Part shown: positions 47,645 to 57,903 of the stretch, piece after piece
How the letters are laid out: each line of letters opens with the position of its first letter
Position numbering within the stretch: the first letter of the stretch is position 1
DNA from: Spirochaetia bacterium
GTDB lineage: Bacteria > Spirochaetota > Spirochaetia > SZUA-6 > Bin103
Direction of reading: 5' to 3'
DNA: 64,000 nucleotides
Assembly (NCBI GenBank): GCA_965203905.1
Contig: CBDBDQ010000005.1
Coordinates: 2,752,001-2,816,000, forward strand
Notes under the pieces: generated by a model
The model's input: only the letters and a program-made list of their open reading frames with translations
Told to the model about the DNA's origin: nothing
Databases searched by the model: none
Program-made: the position numbers and the translations under genes

Positions 47645-49879
47645 CTACCGGGAATGTGGGAATACCCAGATGGGCGATGACCAGGCATGCTTGCCATAAG
47701 GGACGGACATGTTGAAGTACAGGTGCGGCTCTTCCCCTTCGAACTGGACGTGCACGTAGTAGTACGCCGGACCATTCAGGCGCTGGCCATCCTCCCACTG
47801 CAGGCGTGCTTCGTAGCTGTCGGGATGCGTCGTATGCACCACCGTGCCGTTCCTCACCACTTCGATGGTTTCGATCTTTCTGCGACAGCGGACCTCGAAC
47901 TCCAGCACCGGCCTGTCGGAGGTGTGCGTGGTACCACCCATGAACGCATCGAAGATCTTGAACGAGAGATACGGCCGCAGTCCCGAGGTTGCGAAGACCC
48001 GGCGCTTCTGCAGGGCTCCGAACAGACTCTCCCGGGAGTTGGACTCGGCCCAGATTCCAGCCAGGCCGCCGCTCAGACCCGGCACCCGTTCGTGCGCGTC
48101 ACCACCTCCGAAAAAGCCCACTTTGACTCCGCGATCGAGCAGGCCATGGAGCTTCTGCTGGTAATCCTCCTGCACCATCCAGTTGCGCCACCCGGAACAC
48201 AGCTCCATGTTGCACTCTTTGCTGTCGTCGGATATGTCGAAGCCATAGAAGGCATGATCATGAAGCAGAACAGTCTCGTTCTTCAGTTTCTTCAGTAGTT
48301 GGGCCGGACGCATGAGGTTATCACCGTACCAGGTGTAATAGATGCCTCTTTCGCCGGGGAAGAGAACGCAGCGGTGGCTGTCGATGCCGGCCAACGTCCT
48401 TACCTGCCGGTGCCTGGTGTATTCCCATGCCACGAAGGTGGTAAAAACCTCCGGCTCGTAGAAGAAGTTGGCCATGGATTGCAACCGCTCCCAGACATCG
48501 GCCCGGAGCGGCTCGGTAAACCAGGTAAAGTCGTTGTCCGTCAGCGCCATGAAGTCGAGCTGGGCAACGTCCCTGGTAAAGTGGTAGAGCTCGTCGGGTT
48601 CCCCGTCCAGGTCTGCCGATATTCGGCTGTGCACGTGCAGGTCACCGAAGAACAGCTTCAGCTCACCGGTACGCGGGAAGTCTGCGGTCTGTGGCTCGGG
48701 CTTCGGTTCGAATGAGGTGTACGTAATAGCCGGCGGGCGCACCCTTTCTGCTATCGACCCGAGCTCCACCCTGTGCAAGAAATAGTCTATCCGCAAGTCG
48801 CCCTTGCGGGCCTGGGTCTTGGTAGCTACGTAGATACTGTCCTGTGGCGCGGGCGAATTCTCGAACACGAAGTTGCAATGACCATCCAGAACGCAATGCA
48901 GCTCTGGCCGCGCTCTTGCACCATCGTAGTGCCGGCACAAGAGACGCCCGAGGTTCGGGTCCATCTTCTTGGGGTCCTGCTTGGCCTCGACAAACGCCCA
49001 CATGCCGCCACCCTCTTGGGCCGCCAGGTGGGAAAACCGCCGCCTGCCGACGTAGGCCGCCTGCCAGGGATTCATGGCGTAGTCGATATCGATCGCGTCG
49101 ATCTCCTGCCACTGCCGGCCGCCTTGATCGAATCTCGCCACCTTGACGGCGGAGTGATGGTTGAGCGCGCCATTGTCGAGCTTGACGAGTTCCTCGGAGG
49201 TCCGCGACAGGTACCACGTGCCGTCTTCCGCCTGGGCCGTAGCGGACAGTGTTTCCCACGTCTGTTCGTTGTCGAGGTAGATGATCTCGGCGCCGCCCGC
49301 CACCGGCAGGAAGGCGCTGCCAATGCGGTATCCGTCGGGACCGTATTCATCCCAACTCAACAGGAACGCCGAGTCGCATCCCGCCGTTACGCAGGGCCTG
49401 ATCGCAAAGCCGGAGCGCGTCGGCAGTTGCCCTCTGAACTGCCACTTGCCGCCGACCAGCTCCAGCAGACAGATGGAAGCCTTGCCCCGGTCCCAGACTT
49501 CCGCCGCCAGCCAGGCCTGGCCACCGGCGTTCCAGGCACAGGAAAAATCATGGCAGTTGTATTCGTTGCTGAGGATGGCATCGGTGGCTTCACTTTCATC
49601 GGCACCCAGGGTAGCCGCGAGCAGGCGGCCCCTGCGGTCACTCCACTCCACCCAGATCAGTTGGTGCGGATCGGACAACACGATCCTGGGCGACCCGGGC
49701 GTTCCGTAGGCGCACTCCAGCGCGCGGACCTGGCCGCTGCCGCCGGCGCTTGTTTCGATCCAGTTGATGGTATTGGCACGGCCCTCGAAGGCGATCCATG
49801 AAGCCCAAAGGGTGTCGCTGGAGTCGCGCGCAAAGTTGAGGTCCTGTTTGTAGCCGGTGGCTTCTCGGGTCAGGTTCAT
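47645..49879 (-). CDS. DUF3604/PHP-like metallohydrolase with a beta-rich N-terminal region
   Basis: FFGDLHVHS, LDFMALTDND, AWEYT, GGGDAH, C-terminal AWSSPIW. Confidence 0.8.
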   Translation of the reverse strand: MNLTREATGYKQDLNFARDSSDTLWASWIAFEGRANTINWIETSAGGSGQVRALECAYGTPGSPRIVLSDPHQLIWVEWSDRRGRLLAATLGADESEATDAILSNEYNCHDFSCAWNAGGQAWLAAEVWDRGKASICLLELVGGKWQFRGQLPTRSGFAIRPCVTAGCDSAFLLSWDEYGPDGYRIGSAFLPVAGGAEIIYLDNEQTWETLSATAQAEDGTWYLSRTSEELVKLDNGALNHHSAVKVARFDQGGRQWQEIDAIDIDYAMNPWQAAYVGRRRFSHLAAQEGGGMWAFVEAKQDPKKMDPNLGRLLCRHYDGARARPELHCVLDGHCNFVFENSPAPQDSIYVATKTQARKGDLRIDYFLHRVELGSIAERVRPPAITYTSFEPKPEPQTADFPRTGELKLFFGDLHVHSRISADLDGEPDELYHFTRDVAQLDFMALTDNDFTWFTEPLRADVWERLQSMANFFYEPEVFTTFVAWEYTRHRQVRTLAGIDSHRCVLFPGERGIYYTWYGDNLMRPAQLLKKLKNETVLLHDHAFYGFDISDDSKECNMELCSGWRNWMVQEDYQQKLHGLLDRGVKVGFFGGGDAHERVPGLSGGLAGIWAESNSRESLFGALQKRRVFATSGLRPYLSFKIFDAFMGGTTHTSDRPVLEFEVRCRRKIETIEVVRNGTVVHTTHPDSYEARLQWEDGQRLNGPAYYYVHVQFEGEEPHLYFNMSVPYGKHAWSSPIWVFPHSR

Positions 49880-49954
49880 ATTGGTGTTCCTAAGAGAAAG
49901 ATAGGTGTGGGAGGCCGCGTCGGCATCCCACACCAGGCTGACAAATGGAGCGGG

Positions 49955-51577
49955 CTAACTGCTCTGGTATCTCTCGTAAGCGGATTGCAGAGCGCTCCGA
50001 TATTTCTCGATTCCCATCCTCTCGAGCGTGTCGATGTAGTTGTCCCACTCGGAAAAGCTTGCATTGCCGGTGATGAACTTGACCACCATCTCGTCGATGT
50101 AGGTCGCGGCATCGGAGATGACCGGCTTGACCGTCGCCAATTCCTCCTGGGTGAGAATGAACGCGGGCCAGGTCTCCTCCGGCACAAAGGGTTTCAGGGT
50201 TTCCATGGCTTCCACCACTACGGGATGGCTGATGCCGCCCTTGCTGTACTTGAGCAATTGCACGGAAGGCATCGAGGTTCCGGCATAGGGCGTGAACCGG
50301 CTCATGGCCTGGTCCCAGGTGAGCTCCGGGTTGGCCATGATCTTGTCGGTATAGACGTACTCCCCGTTGGGCAGGATCTCGAACGTATCGCCCTCGATGC
50401 CCATGTGCACGAGCAGTATGGCGGCGTCACTGTAGGACCAGTTCAGCCAGCGCATGACTACCTTGGGAAACTTGCTCTGGTTGGTCACAACGGTGGATAT
50501 TCCGCCCAGAATGGAAGTGCGTGTGGACGTCATCTTGTCACCATTGGGACCCTCGAAGATTACCCCTTTGTAGTGATTCATCTGTCCCCGGCCAACCGGG
50601 GTAGTGTTGGTAAAGGCAAACGAGCCGACTGTCAGCGCTTCACCCTTGGCGGTGAATCCCGGCATGTCGGTGGTGAATATCTCCTGGTCGATCAAGCCGT
50701 CCTGCCAGAGCCGATTGAAAAACTGCAACAGCTCCTTGAAGGCAGGGTCCATGGCCAGCAGACGCACCTTGCCGTCGGCTCCGAGATCGTAGCCGTAGAG
50801 ATCCCAGCTGCCGACGCCCTTGTTGCCGAGTCCCCAGGAGCCTGACATCGAGCGCACCAGGGCGCGAATGTTGCGGCTGCCCATTCCGGCCAGCGGGAGC
50901 TCGTCGTTCGGGTCACCGTTGTTGTTGGCATCCTGCTCCTTGAAGGCTTTCAGAATGTTGTAGTAGTCCTCACTGGTCTCAGGATACTGGAGGCCAAGAT
51001 TCTCCACCCAGATCCTGTTGACATAGAGTGGTACGAGACGGTACAGCCCCTGCACGTTGGTGAGATGGTAGATGTTCCCATCCGGCGTCGTGATCCCCTT
51101 CTTGACCTCGGGATAGTCCTTGAACATCGCCTGGATGTTGGACCCGTAGGTATCGATAAGCTCGTTCAGCCGTATGAACATACCCTCGCCGCCGTACCTG
51201 ATCACTTCGTCCAGGGTCAGACCCACCGACATGAAGAAGTCGGGAAGATCGCCGCTGGCCAGGATCACGTTCTTCTTGGTGGCCCGCTCTCCCCAGGGCA
51301 GGAGGTCCCATTCGATGTGCACGCCGGTCTTCTTCTCATATTCGTGCCACACCAGCATCTCATCCCAGTCACCGTGAAACGGCCGCTTGGAGGAAACCGC
51401 GTGCAGAGTAAGCGGTTGGCTCACGATCGGGTATCCGGTCTCGTTGAGCACCGCGGCCTCGCCGGTAGCGGCAGCCTCCTCCTCTCCTCCCGCAAAGGCG
51501 AGAGGCACCAGCAGCAGCGACAGCAGGAGCGCAGTCGCGACTATCCTGCCCGGTCCATTAGCGAATCTGTTTGACAT
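49955..51577 (-). CDS. LplA-like oligosaccharide solute-binding protein
   Basis: Signal peptide, LASGDLPD, LKAFKEQDANNNGDPND; AGGAGG Shine-Dalgarno. Confidence 0.92.
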   Translation of the reverse strand: MSNRFANGPGRIVATALLLSLLLVPLAFAGGEEEAAATGEAAVLNETGYPIVSQPLTLHAVSSKRPFHGDWDEMLVWHEYEKKTGVHIEWDLLPWGERATKKNVILASGDLPDFFMSVGLTLDEVIRYGGEGMFIRLNELIDTYGSNIQAMFKDYPEVKKGITTPDGNIYHLTNVQGLYRLVPLYVNRIWVENLGLQYPETSEDYYNILKAFKEQDANNNGDPNDELPLAGMGSRNIRALVRSMSGSWGLGNKGVGSWDLYGYDLGADGKVRLLAMDPAFKELLQFFNRLWQDGLIDQEIFTTDMPGFTAKGEALTVGSFAFTNTTPVGRGQMNHYKGVIFEGPNGDKMTSTRTSILGGISTVVTNQSKFPKVVMRWLNWSYSDAAILLVHMGIEGDTFEILPNGEYVYTDKIMANPELTWDQAMSRFTPYAGTSMPSVQLLKYSKGGISHPVVVEAMETLKPFVPEETWPAFILTQEELATVKPVISDAATYIDEMVVKFITGNASFSEWDNYIDTLERMGIEKYRSALQSAYERYQSS

Positions 51578-51614
51578 CACCATCCTCCTACAGGTTGGTT
51601 GTCGACGAAGGCCT

Positions 51615-52508
51615 TCAACCCTTGATGGCCCCAAGCATGATTCCCTTGATAAAGTACCTCTGGAAAAAAGGATAGATGAACAGCAGCGGCACGCTGGACA
51701 CGATGATGACCGCGTACTTGATAGTCTCCGCCATCAGCATCTGCGTGGTAGCACTGTCGGACTGGCCGTCCATCATGTCCTGCATCTGGCTCTGCACCAG
51801 GATCTCCCGCAGGATCAGCTGCAGCGGATATCTTTCCCGGTCCGTGAGAAACATCAGAGCGCGCAGGAAGTTGTTCCACTGATCAACCGAATAGAACAAG
51901 ATCAACACGCCGATGATCGGTATCGAAAGAGGCAACACGACCTTGATCAGATACCCTATGTTGGTGGAGCCGTCGATCATCGCCGCTTCCTGCAGCTCCA
52001 CCGGGATAGCGTGCTCAAAAAAATTCCTCAGGATGATCAGATAGAACATGTTGACCGCCGCCGGAATCACCATCACGGCAAAGGTGTTGATCAGTCCCAG
52101 ACCGCGCACGATCAGATACAGGGGAATGAGGCCGCCATTGAAGAACATGGTGAACACCAGCAGCATCATGAACAGTTTCCTGCCGAAGAAGTCCTTCCGA
52201 GAGAGCGGATAGGCTCCCGCTATGGTCAGGCAGATGTTCAAGGTCACGCCCACGGTCACGTACAGGATCGTATTCTTGTAGCCCATCCAGATATCTTCGT
52301 TCTGGAACACCCTCTCATAGGCGATCATGGTAATATCCTTCGGAAACAGCAGCAACTTGCCTTCCAGGACCAGCATGGGGGCACTGATGGATGCGCTCAC
52401 CACGTACACCAACGGGTAGACAATGAGGCCCAGGATAGCGATCAGCATGATTCTGACGATGAGGCGGAAAACCCTGTCTTGTCTGGAATCAAGCTGAAAG
52501 TCACTCAC
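51615..52508 (-). CDS. LplC-like carbohydrate ABC permease
   Basis: GGLIPLY, ELQEAAMIDG, YPFFQRYFIKGI. Confidence 0.93.
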   Translation of the reverse strand: MSDFQLDSRQDRVFRLIVRIMLIAILGLIVYPLVYVVSASISAPMLVLEGKLLLFPKDITMIAYERVFQNEDIWMGYKNTILYVTVGVTLNICLTIAGAYPLSRKDFFGRKLFMMLLVFTMFFNGGLIPLYLIVRGLGLINTFAVMVIPAAVNMFYLIILRNFFEHAIPVELQEAAMIDGSTNIGYLIKVVLPLSIPIIGVLILFYSVDQWNNFLRALMFLTDRERYPLQLILREILVQSQMQDMMDGQSDSATTQMLMAETIKYAVIIVSSVPLLFIYPFFQRYFIKGIMLGAIKG

Positions 52509-52515
52509 TGCCGCA

Positions 52516-53469
52516 TCACCAGAGACTGATCGCGCTCCACTGCCGGGCATAGCGATTGACCACAATGAGCAGCGCCAGATTGATCACCGCATTGAACAGG
52601 CCGACCGCGGCCGAGAAGCTGTACTCGGCACCAAGTAGACCGACGCGATAGACGAAGGTGGCAAAGACATCGGAAGCCTCTCGATTCAGGTCATTCTGCA
52701 TCAGAAACACTTTTTCGAAAGAGATGTCCATGACACGACCGACGTTGAGAATGAACATGATGACGGCGGTCGGAACCAGGGCCGGTATGGTAACGTGAAC
52801 AATCCGCTGTAGCCGGGTAGCGCCGTCGATTATTGCAGCTTCGTACAGGGACGGGTCGATGGTGCTCAGCGCAGCGATGTAGATGATCGAGTTCCAACCA
52901 ACGTGTTGCCACAGCTCCGACCACACGTAGATGGTCTTGAACCATGCCGGCTCGATCATGAAGTAGATGGTCTGACCGAACACGGCTTCGAGCAGTTTGT
53001 TGACCACACCGTTGCGCGGAGAGAGAAAAGAGAGGATGATGCCGACGGTCACCGCGGTCGATAGGAAGTGCGGCAGGTAGGATACGTTCTGCGACAGCTT
53101 CTTGAAGAACCGGTTGCGTATCTCATTGATCATGAGGGCGAGAAGAATCGGAATCGGGAAGGTAACGGCAAGCGTATAGAGGCTCAGTACCAGGGTATTT
53201 CTTATCAGACGCCAAAAGAAATAGGAGTTGAAGAAGCGAGTGAATTGGTCGAATCCAACGAACGTGCTACCGGCTATACCCTTCATCGGGCTGAAGTCCT
53301 GAAATGCAATGCTAGCGCCGTACATCGGGCCGTAATGGAATATGGCGAAGTACAGCAGGACCGGGATGATCAGCAGATAGAGGTCGAAGTTCCTGATGAT
53401 TCGTTTCTTTGCCAGTCGAAACGCAGAACGGCTTGCAGGCCTGGTGGTGTCAGCGCTAGCGTTCAGCAA
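52516..53469 (-). CDS. LplB-like carbohydrate ABC permease
   Basis: YGPMYG, SYLPHFLS, GWNSIIYIAAL..IDPSLYEAA. Confidence 0.93.
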   Translation of the reverse strand: MLNASADTTRPASRSAFRLAKKRIIRNFDLYLLIIPVLLYFAIFHYGPMYGASIAFQDFSPMKGIAGSTFVGFDQFTRFFNSYFFWRLIRNTLVLSLYTLAVTFPIPILLALMINEIRNRFFKKLSQNVSYLPHFLSTAVTVGIILSFLSPRNGVVNKLLEAVFGQTIYFMIEPAWFKTIYVWSELWQHVGWNSIIYIAALSTIDPSLYEAAIIDGATRLQRIVHVTIPALVPTAVIMFILNVGRVMDISFEKVFLMQNDLNREASDVFATFVYRVGLLGAEYSFSAAVGLFNAVINLALLIVVNRYARQWSAISLW

Positions 53470-53700
53470 GGTAGCCGTGTCCTCCCCACCCCGAGAGAGT
53501 GCCTCACACGGATCGCCTAACCGTGGCAGCCGGAGCTCCGCTGCGTCGCCGTGGGTAGACGACGAGCAGCCATGCGGCCAGTCACGGGGCGCCGTGCAAC
53601 GTGCTCAGTGGACGCCGCCGATGAAGAGAGGGAGCGTCACCGCGCGAGATGCTACGTCGCGTGGACGTGGCATTCTTCCAGCCTCCTTTCCGACTATCTC

Positions 53701-53729
53701 AGCCTAGCATGTGGCGTCGGCTCGGTCAA
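53701..53729 (-). promoter_or_regulatory. Sigma70-type promoter of the Lpl operon
   Basis: TTGACC-N17-TAGGCT with an extended -10 TG. Confidence 0.7.
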
Positions 53730-53901
53730 CCGAGCTACAGCCCGACCAGCCTTACCGGGTGGGCCCTCTCCGTCCGCACCCTTATCGTGACTACACAAGC
53801 GGTCACCGCGGACGCCCCACGGCACTGCGCCGAGTCATGCTCTCGCCACAGCATGCAGATCTGCTTGCCCATGCAGCGGCCGGCGCCCCGTCCCACTCTG
53901 C

Positions 53902-55266
53902 TCACCTGTCAAACAGACTCATGTCCTCGGCGAAGGCCCCCTTCGCCAAGTGTTCACGAATCAGCTCGACCGACCACGGTTCTTTCGGCCTCTTCGAGTG
54001 GACATCGTCGATCAGCTTGTCTACAGCCGCGAAACTGCCGCTCAAGGAGGTTCCCCGACGTTCGAAGAATTCGGATCTGCTGAGAACGACTGACACGTCA
54101 TTGGTTACGGAGCGCCACTCGTAGGCAATTGCAACGTGCTTCGAGGTGCTTCCGCCGTTGTCGAAATATACGGCTCCAATCGGCACTAGATCTGACAACC
54201 TGATCTGCAGCCGCAGCTCTTCTTCGAGCTCTCGAGCCGCGCAACGAATGAGAGGATCGCCGTTGTCGGCGTCTTCACGTCGAACATGCCCACCGGCCCA
54301 TAGTACAACCTTGTCGTGAAGCGGATTGTCACTTGTTCTCTCCCGCCGACGAAGACGAAGCACGTCGCCATCAGCGTTCCTGATCACGACTATCGGGAGC
54401 GCCTGAACCCTCGATCTATCGTCTTCTACCTGGTCTCGGATCCGAAAGTCAGACTGGTCGGACTCGAGGAGGAACCGTTGCGCACGGTCAGCAGGGATGA
54501 AGTTCTTGTTCCCGAACGCTTTGGTTACAAGTTCCTTGGGGAATGATAGAATCTCTTCGGCAATGTGTTCTTCGATGAGGCCAATAACAAGGTCGGCAAC
54601 TACCTCGGCAGTTCGTCTCGGATCATCCCGAGTCTCGCCTTCCGACGTATTTATTTGGAATATCCTGAAGTCTTTGCTGAGGAGTTCAGCACACTCCTCG
54701 TTCACGGCCTTTACTTGCCGAAGAACATCGACATTCATGATGGAGCCTCCGCCTCCTACGACAGGCAATACGCTTTGTTCGCGCTTCATCGCATCAGAAG
54801 GGGAGGACAACATCACGAATACGGCCGAAACTCGCTTCCGCCAGTCATCGATCGAGAGGAACTTCTGAATGGTCTCCCTATCTTCCTTGCGTATCCGAGA
54901 GAGTTTCTCCATCATGGTCAGCCAGCAGATCGAGTCAAACAAGCCCTGGTCGAGAAACAGAATTTGAGGATCGTCAGAGCGCGGCGGATTCTGTGTCTTC
55001 TCCAGTATCTGTGCGAGCGTCGTGCACAGCGTCCAGATATTGAAATTGGCGTGTTTCTTGTCGCGAATGGGGCACACTGACGCACGTTCCACCATCACGT
55101 CAGTGCGGAAACCGCAGCGTTTCAGGAAAGCCTGAACTTGAGTAAGCGTAGTCGTCTTTCCGGCTTTCGGTACGCCGGCGAATTCGATTACCAATGGCTT
55201 TCGAGCTTTGTCGCGGAATAACCGTGCCGCACGTTCGGCACGTTCCTGGAGATGGGTCTTGTTCAT
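53902..55266 (-). CDS. Thymidylate-kinase-like P-loop NTPase fused to a NUDIX hydrolase
   Basis: IEFAGVPKAGKTT, LDQG (DR-motif position), GGHV...RELEEEL; own promoter TTGACT-N16-CATACT at 55321..55348. Confidence 0.85.
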   Translation of the reverse strand: MNKTHLQERAERAARLFRDKARKPLVIEFAGVPKAGKTTTLTQVQAFLKRCGFRTDVMVERASVCPIRDKKHANFNIWTLCTTLAQILEKTQNPPRSDDPQILFLDQGLFDSICWLTMMEKLSRIRKEDRETIQKFLSIDDWRKRVSAVFVMLSSPSDAMKREQSVLPVVGGGGSIMNVDVLRQVKAVNEECAELLSKDFRIFQINTSEGETRDDPRRTAEVVADLVIGLIEEHIAEEILSFPKELVTKAFGNKNFIPADRAQRFLLESDQSDFRIRDQVEDDRSRVQALPIVVIRNADGDVLRLRRRERTSDNPLHDKVVLWAGGHVRREDADNGDPLIRCAARELEEELRLQIRLSDLVPIGAVYFDNGGSTSKHVAIAYEWRSVTNDVSVVLSRSEFFERRGTSLSGSFAAVDKLIDDVHSKRPKEPWSVELIREHLAKGAFAEDMSLFDR

Positions 55267-55430
55267 GTACTACACGATGTCCATTTCGTGCCCGCGCCGT
55301 GGTTGCCGTTAGTGCCTTGAAGTATGGTGCACCTGCCCGGAAAGTCAACCGGCACGCGCATCGATCGCATCGATGCATATCCAATGGGGCTGCAACAGCA
55401 AGCGCGTGCGACCGCTCGCTGGTACCTGCG

Positions 55431-56729
55431 CTACCGTGACGGGGGGCTTCGGTCGGTGTCGTCGAGAGCTGAGGGCAGGGCGCAGATCTGGTTGGCCCGG
55501 CCGTGGTCCAGGACCGCCCGGCGGGCGGCGGGGCCGGCGGCCATTGGCAACACCACCAGGTTGGCCTCGGTCCCTTCGCTCAGCTCCACCTGCGGGCGCT
55601 CTTCGTAGCCGGTGCTCGGCAGCACCTTGTTGAGGGTCAGGTGGTTGTGGTGGCTCCTGGTGCCGGTTTCGCGGTCGGCGCCGAGGCGGATCACCGGATG
55701 CTCGCGGTTGAAGCTGAGCAGGCTGTTGCCGGCCACGGTGCAGTCGGCGCAGCCGGCCATGGTGAGGGTGTCGTAGCGCTCGCCGTCCTGCTCGTAGCCG
55801 AGGGCCGCGGTGGCGCCGAAGCGGCCGTAGCCGCGTGGTCCGGAGCCGTCCACCACGAAGGTGTTGCCGCTGACGTGGGTCATGCTGCAGTGGCGCAGGC
55901 GGGCGAAGCACTGCACCAGTTCGTGGTTGAACATGAACGCGTTGTCGCTGACCGTGCCGCCGCGGAAGCCGTCCAGGTCGAACACCAGCGGGCCCGGGTT
56001 CCAGCCGGTGTTGTCGGACAGCACCATCTCCTTGGTGGTGAGGTCGGTGCGGCTGGCGCTGCGCAGCTCGAACACGGTGCCGCTCATGTCGTGGAAGCCG
56101 TTGCGCGAGATCACGCTGGCGAACAGCGAGCTGTGCAGCTTGATGGCGACGTTGCACTCCGCAATCCAGTTGTCGGTGATGTACCACACGTCCATGGTCG
56201 ATTCGGGGTGCTCGTTGATGATGCCGTGGGTGAGGTGGATGAGCTGGCAGTAGTCGACCACGCAGGAGAAGGGCCTGGTGTCCGGCATGATGCGGATGCC
56301 GTTCTGTTCCGGATCGATGTCGGGACGCACGCCGATGCGTCCGTTCTGGCCGCAGATGGTGATGTTGCGCAGGGTGAACGCGCTCAGCCGCGACGCCGGG
56401 CCCAGCCGGATCGCGTCGCGGCAGGACGGCGCCACCAGCAGGCGCGTCTTGCCCTCCCAGCCGCGGTCGGGTCGCTGCGGGCCACGGTTGAACCGCGGGT
56501 AGGCGAAGCCGAAGGTGTAGCCCTGGATGGCGACGTTGCTGCGCGTCACCACGATCGGCTCCTGGAGCAGATAGGTGCCGGGGGCGAGGAACAGGTCGAG
56601 GCCGCCCTCGTCCCAGTGCTCCTCCAGCAGGGCGTTGAGCGCCGCCCCGGTGTCGCGCGCCCCGCTGTTGTCCACCCGCGCCCAGTGAGTGCCGGCCCGG
56701 CTGACCACCTGTACGTTGGCTTGCTGCAT
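55431..56729 (-). CDS. Right-handed beta-helix enzyme, GH91 (inulin fructotransferase/DFA hydrolase)-like
   Basis: LAPGTY.L...IQGY.FGF, D-x10-E within MDVWYITDNWIAEC, repeated xxGN/DN ladders. Confidence 0.75.
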   Translation of the reverse strand: MQQANVQVVSRAGTHWARVDNSGARDTGAALNALLEEHWDEGGLDLFLAPGTYLLQEPIVVTRSNVAIQGYTFGFAYPRFNRGPQRPDRGWEGKTRLLVAPSCRDAIRLGPASRLSAFTLRNITICGQNGRIGVRPDIDPEQNGIRIMPDTRPFSCVVDYCQLIHLTHGIINEHPESTMDVWYITDNWIAECNVAIKLHSSLFASVISRNGFHDMSGTVFELRSASRTDLTTKEMVLSDNTGWNPGPLVFDLDGFRGGTVSDNAFMFNHELVQCFARLRHCSMTHVSGNTFVVDGSGPRGYGRFGATAALGYEQDGERYDTLTMAGCADCTVAGNSLLSFNREHPVIRLGADRETGTRSHHNHLTLNKVLPSTGYEERPQVELSEGTEANLVVLPMAAGPAARRAVLDHGRANQICALPSALDDTDRSPPSR

Positions 56730-56772
56730 CCTCGTTCGCGCCTCCCGGCGCCTGTTGCCGACTCCGGGTCGG

Positions 56773-57903
56773 CTAGGTCCGATACGGGTCGGCGGCGTCG
56801 CGCAGGCCGTCGCCGAAGAAGTTGTACATCAGCACCGCCACCACCACGAAGAGGCACGGCGTCAGCAGCCATGGCTGCTGCGACACCACCTGCAGGCTCT
56901 GCGCGTCCTGCAGCAGCGTGCCCCAGCTCACCGCCGGCGGCTGGATGCCGAGGCCCAGGAAGCTCAGCGCGGTCTCGCCCAGGATCATGGCCGGGATGGC
57001 GAGGGTGAGCGACACCAGGATGTAGCTGAGGAACGAGGGCACCAAGTGGCGCAGGATCACCTTCATCTGGGTGGCCCCGGAAATCAGCGCCGCCAGCACG
57101 AAGTCCTCCCGCCGCAGCGCCAGGAACTTGCCGCGCACCACCCGCGCCAGCCCGGCCCAGCCGATGAAGGAGAGGATCACGGTGATGGCGAAGTAGGTGG
57201 CGACGACCGACCAGTTGCGCGGCACCGCCGCCGCCAGCGCCATCCACAGCGGGATGGTGGGCAGCGAGGTGACCAGGTCGACGCTGCGCATCACCACCCG
57301 GTCCACCACGCCGCCGAAGTAGCCGGCCAAACCGCCGAGCAGGATGCCGAAGATGGTGCTCAGGAACACCCCCACCAGGCCGATGGTCAGCGAGATGCGC
57401 GATGCGTACACCGCGCGCGAGAACAGGTCGCGCCCCAGGCGGTCGGTGCCGAGCAGGAACAGCGGCGCCCCGGGCTCGGCGGTGAGCAGGTGCAGCCGTC
57501 CCGGCAACACCCCCCACAGCAGGTACTCCGTGCCGGGCGCCAGGAAGCGCACCCGGGCTGCACCCGCCGCCTCCGGCACGTACACGTCGCGGAAGGTGTC
57601 CGGATCGCGCTCGCGGCGCAGCTCGTAGACGAACGGACCGCCGAACGGCGGCCGCAGCTCGTCGCTGAGCGCGCGCAGGCGGACCGCATTGGGCGGAGAG
57701 CGCACGTAGTCGGGGTACCGCTGCAGGGGCGAGTGGGGCGCGATCACCTCGGCGAACAGCGCCACCAGGTACAGCAGCGCCAGCACCGGCGTCGCCACCA
57801 GGGCCAGCCGATGGCGGCGGAACTTGAGCCACATCATGCGCCACTGCGAGGCGACGAAGTAGCGCTCCTGGTCGGCCGCGGAGCGGGTTGCCGCCCGCCT
57901 CAC
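56773..57903 (-). CDS. ABC permease, OppC type
   Basis: ASQWRMMWLKFRRH, LGTDRLGRD, GDGLRDAADPY. Confidence 0.93.
   Translation of the reverse strand: MRRAATRSAADQERYFVASQWRMMWLKFRRHRLALVATPVLALLYLVALFAEVIAPHSPLQRYPDYVRSPPNAVRLRALSDELRPPFGGPFVYELRRERDPDTFRDVYVPEAAGAARVRFLAPGTEYLLWGVLPGRLHLLTAEPGAPLFLLGTDRLGRDLFSRAVYASRISLTIGLVGVFLSTIFGILLGGLAGYFGGVVDRVVMRSVDLVTSLPTIPLWMALAAAVPRNWSVVATYFAITVILSFIGWAGLARVVRGKFLALRREDFVLAALISGATQMKVILRHLVPSFLSYILVSLTLAIPAMILGETALSFLGLGIQPPAVSWGTLLQDAQSLQVVSQQPWLLTPCLFVVVAVLMYNFFGDGLRDAADPYRT

Noticed and set aside
53605-53607. In-frame TGA (and the TGA at 41073) as selenocysteine or recoding
   Set aside because: No convincing SECIS or Cys-homolog context, and TGA is used as a normal stop throughout the window.
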